DNA from: Minisyncoccota bacterium
Lineage (GTDB): Bacteria; Patescibacteriota; Microgenomatia; UBA1400; PJMF01
Reading direction: 5' to 3'
NCBI GenBank assembly: GCA_029881675.1
Contig: JAOUMD010000002.1
Location: forward strand, 10,228-74,227
Length of the DNA stretch: 64,000 nucleotides
A program made the position numbers and the translations under genes. Shown in pieces: positions 62,412 through 64,000 of the stretch (position 1 is the stretch's first letter; each line of letters opens with the position of its first letter). The notes beneath the pieces are model-generated. The model had not been told where the DNA came from, searched no databases, and saw nothing but the letters and a program-made list of their open reading frames with translations.

Positions 62412-63320
62412 ATGAGAATTTTAAAATTAATCTTTTTTTCACTTTTTTTCATAGGTTTAATTGGCTCGGCTGTATTTTTCATCGGTCGAGAATTTTTGCT
62501 AACAATGGGTACATCTGCAATGAGGAGTTCATTAAAAGAAGTAGCCTCAGTTTCTAAAAATAGTGGTGTTTATGCGGCTGAGTGTCGTAAAAAAGGAATT
62601 GTTGAACTTGATGAGAGTTCTATTAAATCAATTCAACTTCGTTTTACCTCTGATACTGAGTATCAAATTGAGGTGATATGTCGTCAGTTTAGTTTGAATC
62701 CTATTATTGTTAAGTCAGCTAAACTACCTCAGTTTGTTAGAAAAACTGCGGGTTTTAGTGGCGTAGTATGGGGAAATGATCTTAGCGGTGTTGCAATTGA
62801 GGCTTGGGGTAAAGTAAAAAGTGTTTTTGTTGAAGATAAAAGTATCTACCTAGGGTCTTTAGAAGATGTTCAAGGAGCCGTAGGTCCATTAACTAGCTGT
62901 GAAGGGCAAGGGTTTGTTTGTTGTCAGGCGGACACTACTTTTGGGCAAGGAGATCAACTAAGTAATGTCACTGATTGTCCCCAAAGTTGCTATGCAAGTT
63001 GTGTCAGAAGGCCAGTAATTTTATCTGTTTCTACTCAACCTTTCTTTGACCTGAAGACCAGAATTTTAACTGCTACAAAGGGAGAACAAATCGTTGTTGC
63101 CTATGTGACAGATCCAGCTGGTTCTAAAGAACTTGATATTACAATTGATTTTGGAGATGGTGAAAACCAACATATGTCAGAGTATGCAGATAGTGTTATT
63201 CATACCTATAATTGTAGTAAGGAGTCTTGTCGGTATGACCTAGAAGTGACAGCAATTAATGAGGATGGTATTGAGGCTGCTAGGACTTCAATTACCAGAG
63301 TGACTGTAATTGTGCAATAA
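62412..63320 (+). CDS. membrane-anchored Cys-rich protein with PKD-like C-terminal domain
   Basis: N-terminal TM; IDFGDG...HTY PKD signature; within the pil locus. Confidence 0.6.
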   Translation: MRILKLIFFSLFFIGLIGSAVFFIGREFLLTMGTSAMRSSLKEVASVSKNSGVYAAECRKKGIVELDESSIKSIQLRFTSDTEYQIEVICRQFSLNPIIVKSAKLPQFVRKTAGFSGVVWGNDLSGVAIEAWGKVKSVFVEDKSIYLGSLEDVQGAVGPLTSCEGQGFVCCQADTTFGQGDQLSNVTDCPQSCYASCVRRPVILSVSTQPFFDLKTRILTATKGEQIVVAYVTDPAGSKELDITIDFGDGENQHMSEYADSVIHTYNCSKESCRYDLEVTAINEDGIEAARTSITRVTVIVQ

Positions 63321-63747
63321 TGAGACTATGAAAAAGAAAAACTTTGGATTTACCCTACTTGAACTATTAGTTGTTATATCTATTATTGGATTGCTTGTGG
63401 CTATGGGAGCTGTTGCTTTTACTACGGCTCAGAAAAGAGGTCGTGATAGTAAAAGACGTGGAGATATGAAAGCTACCCAGAGTGCCTTTGAGCAATACTA
63501 TGCCGATAACGGCGCCTACTCTACTACTTGTAGTGCTATGGCTACTGGATATATGCCAGGAGGATTACCTGAAGATCCAAAGCCAAGTGAGTCATATACT
63601 ATGAATTGTGCAGCTGATGCATATTGTATTTGTGCTCTGGTTGAAGACTCAGGTAATGGAAATGCCGCAGCTCCAGCAGCTTTAAGTACAATTTGTGATT
63701 ATTCTGGTGCACCTCAAGATTATTTTTGTGTAAATAATTTGCAATAA
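63310..63747 (+). CDS. type IV pilin / GspG-like pseudopilin
   Basis: G|FTLLELLVV, RDSKRRGD. Confidence 0.88.
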   Translation: MCNNETMKKKNFGFTLLELLVVISIIGLLVAMGAVAFTTAQKRGRDSKRRGDMKATQSAFEQYYADNGAYSTTCSAMATGYMPGGLPEDPKPSESYTMNCAADAYCICALVEDSGNGNAAAPAALSTICDYSGAPQDYFCVNNLQ

Positions 63748-63749
63748 TT

Positions 63750-64000
63750 ATGTCTAAATTAAGAAATATAATGAATAAAAATAACTCAAAATTAAAGAAG
63801 GATAAAAATGGTTTTTCAATGATTGAGTTACTTGTTGTAACTACAATTATTATTATTCTTACTACAATTGGTTTAGTCAGTTATACAGCGGCAAATAAGA
63901 ATGCTCGTAATGGTAAAAGAAAAGCTGATATGGAAATGGTTAGACAAGCATTAGTTCTATACAGAACTGATAATGGTTCTTATCCGTCCACTTCTGTCTT
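63750..64000 (+). CDS. type IV pilin, truncated by the window end
   Basis: MSKLRNIMNK...NG|FSMIELLVV...RNGKRKADME. Confidence 0.85.
   Translation, partial: MSKLRNIMNKNNSKLKKDKNGFSMIELLVVTTIIIILTTIGLVSYTAANKNARNGKRKADMEMVRQALVLYRTDNGSYPSTSV

Overview
AT-rich bacterial chromosome segment that looks like Patescibacteria/CPR, probably Microgenomates. This is inferred from the compact housekeeping set, short EF-Ts, pilB-pilT-pilC-pilin-pilD cluster and few Shine-Dalgarno sites. It carries translation, replication and nucleotide genes (tdk, tmk, recR, hpf, cysS, ychF, rpsF-ssb-rpsR, prfA, rpmE, hisS, dnaB, glyA, nfo, folD, rpsB-tsf, gyrB-ppaC-gyrA), two tRNAs (Leu-CAA, Ala-GGC), a xer recombinase and a type IV pilus locus. 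The main candidate novel system lies at 29.8-33.4 kb: three divergent Maf/Ham1-like paralogs. Two of them sit behind a duplicated promoter followed by a tandem pair of an unrecognised ~47-nt structured RNA core (4 copies in total), each core enclosed in a long hairpin ending in a U-tract. Other notable items: a His leader-peptide attenuator upstream of hisS; a prfB-like +1 frameshift context at a Cys codon in a PIG-L deacetylase directly upstream of cysS; an unannotated 47-aa, 10-Cys metallothionein-like ORF; and a symmetric 11-6-11 dif-like site near xer. All calls come from reading the sequence by eye; no searches or folding programs were run.
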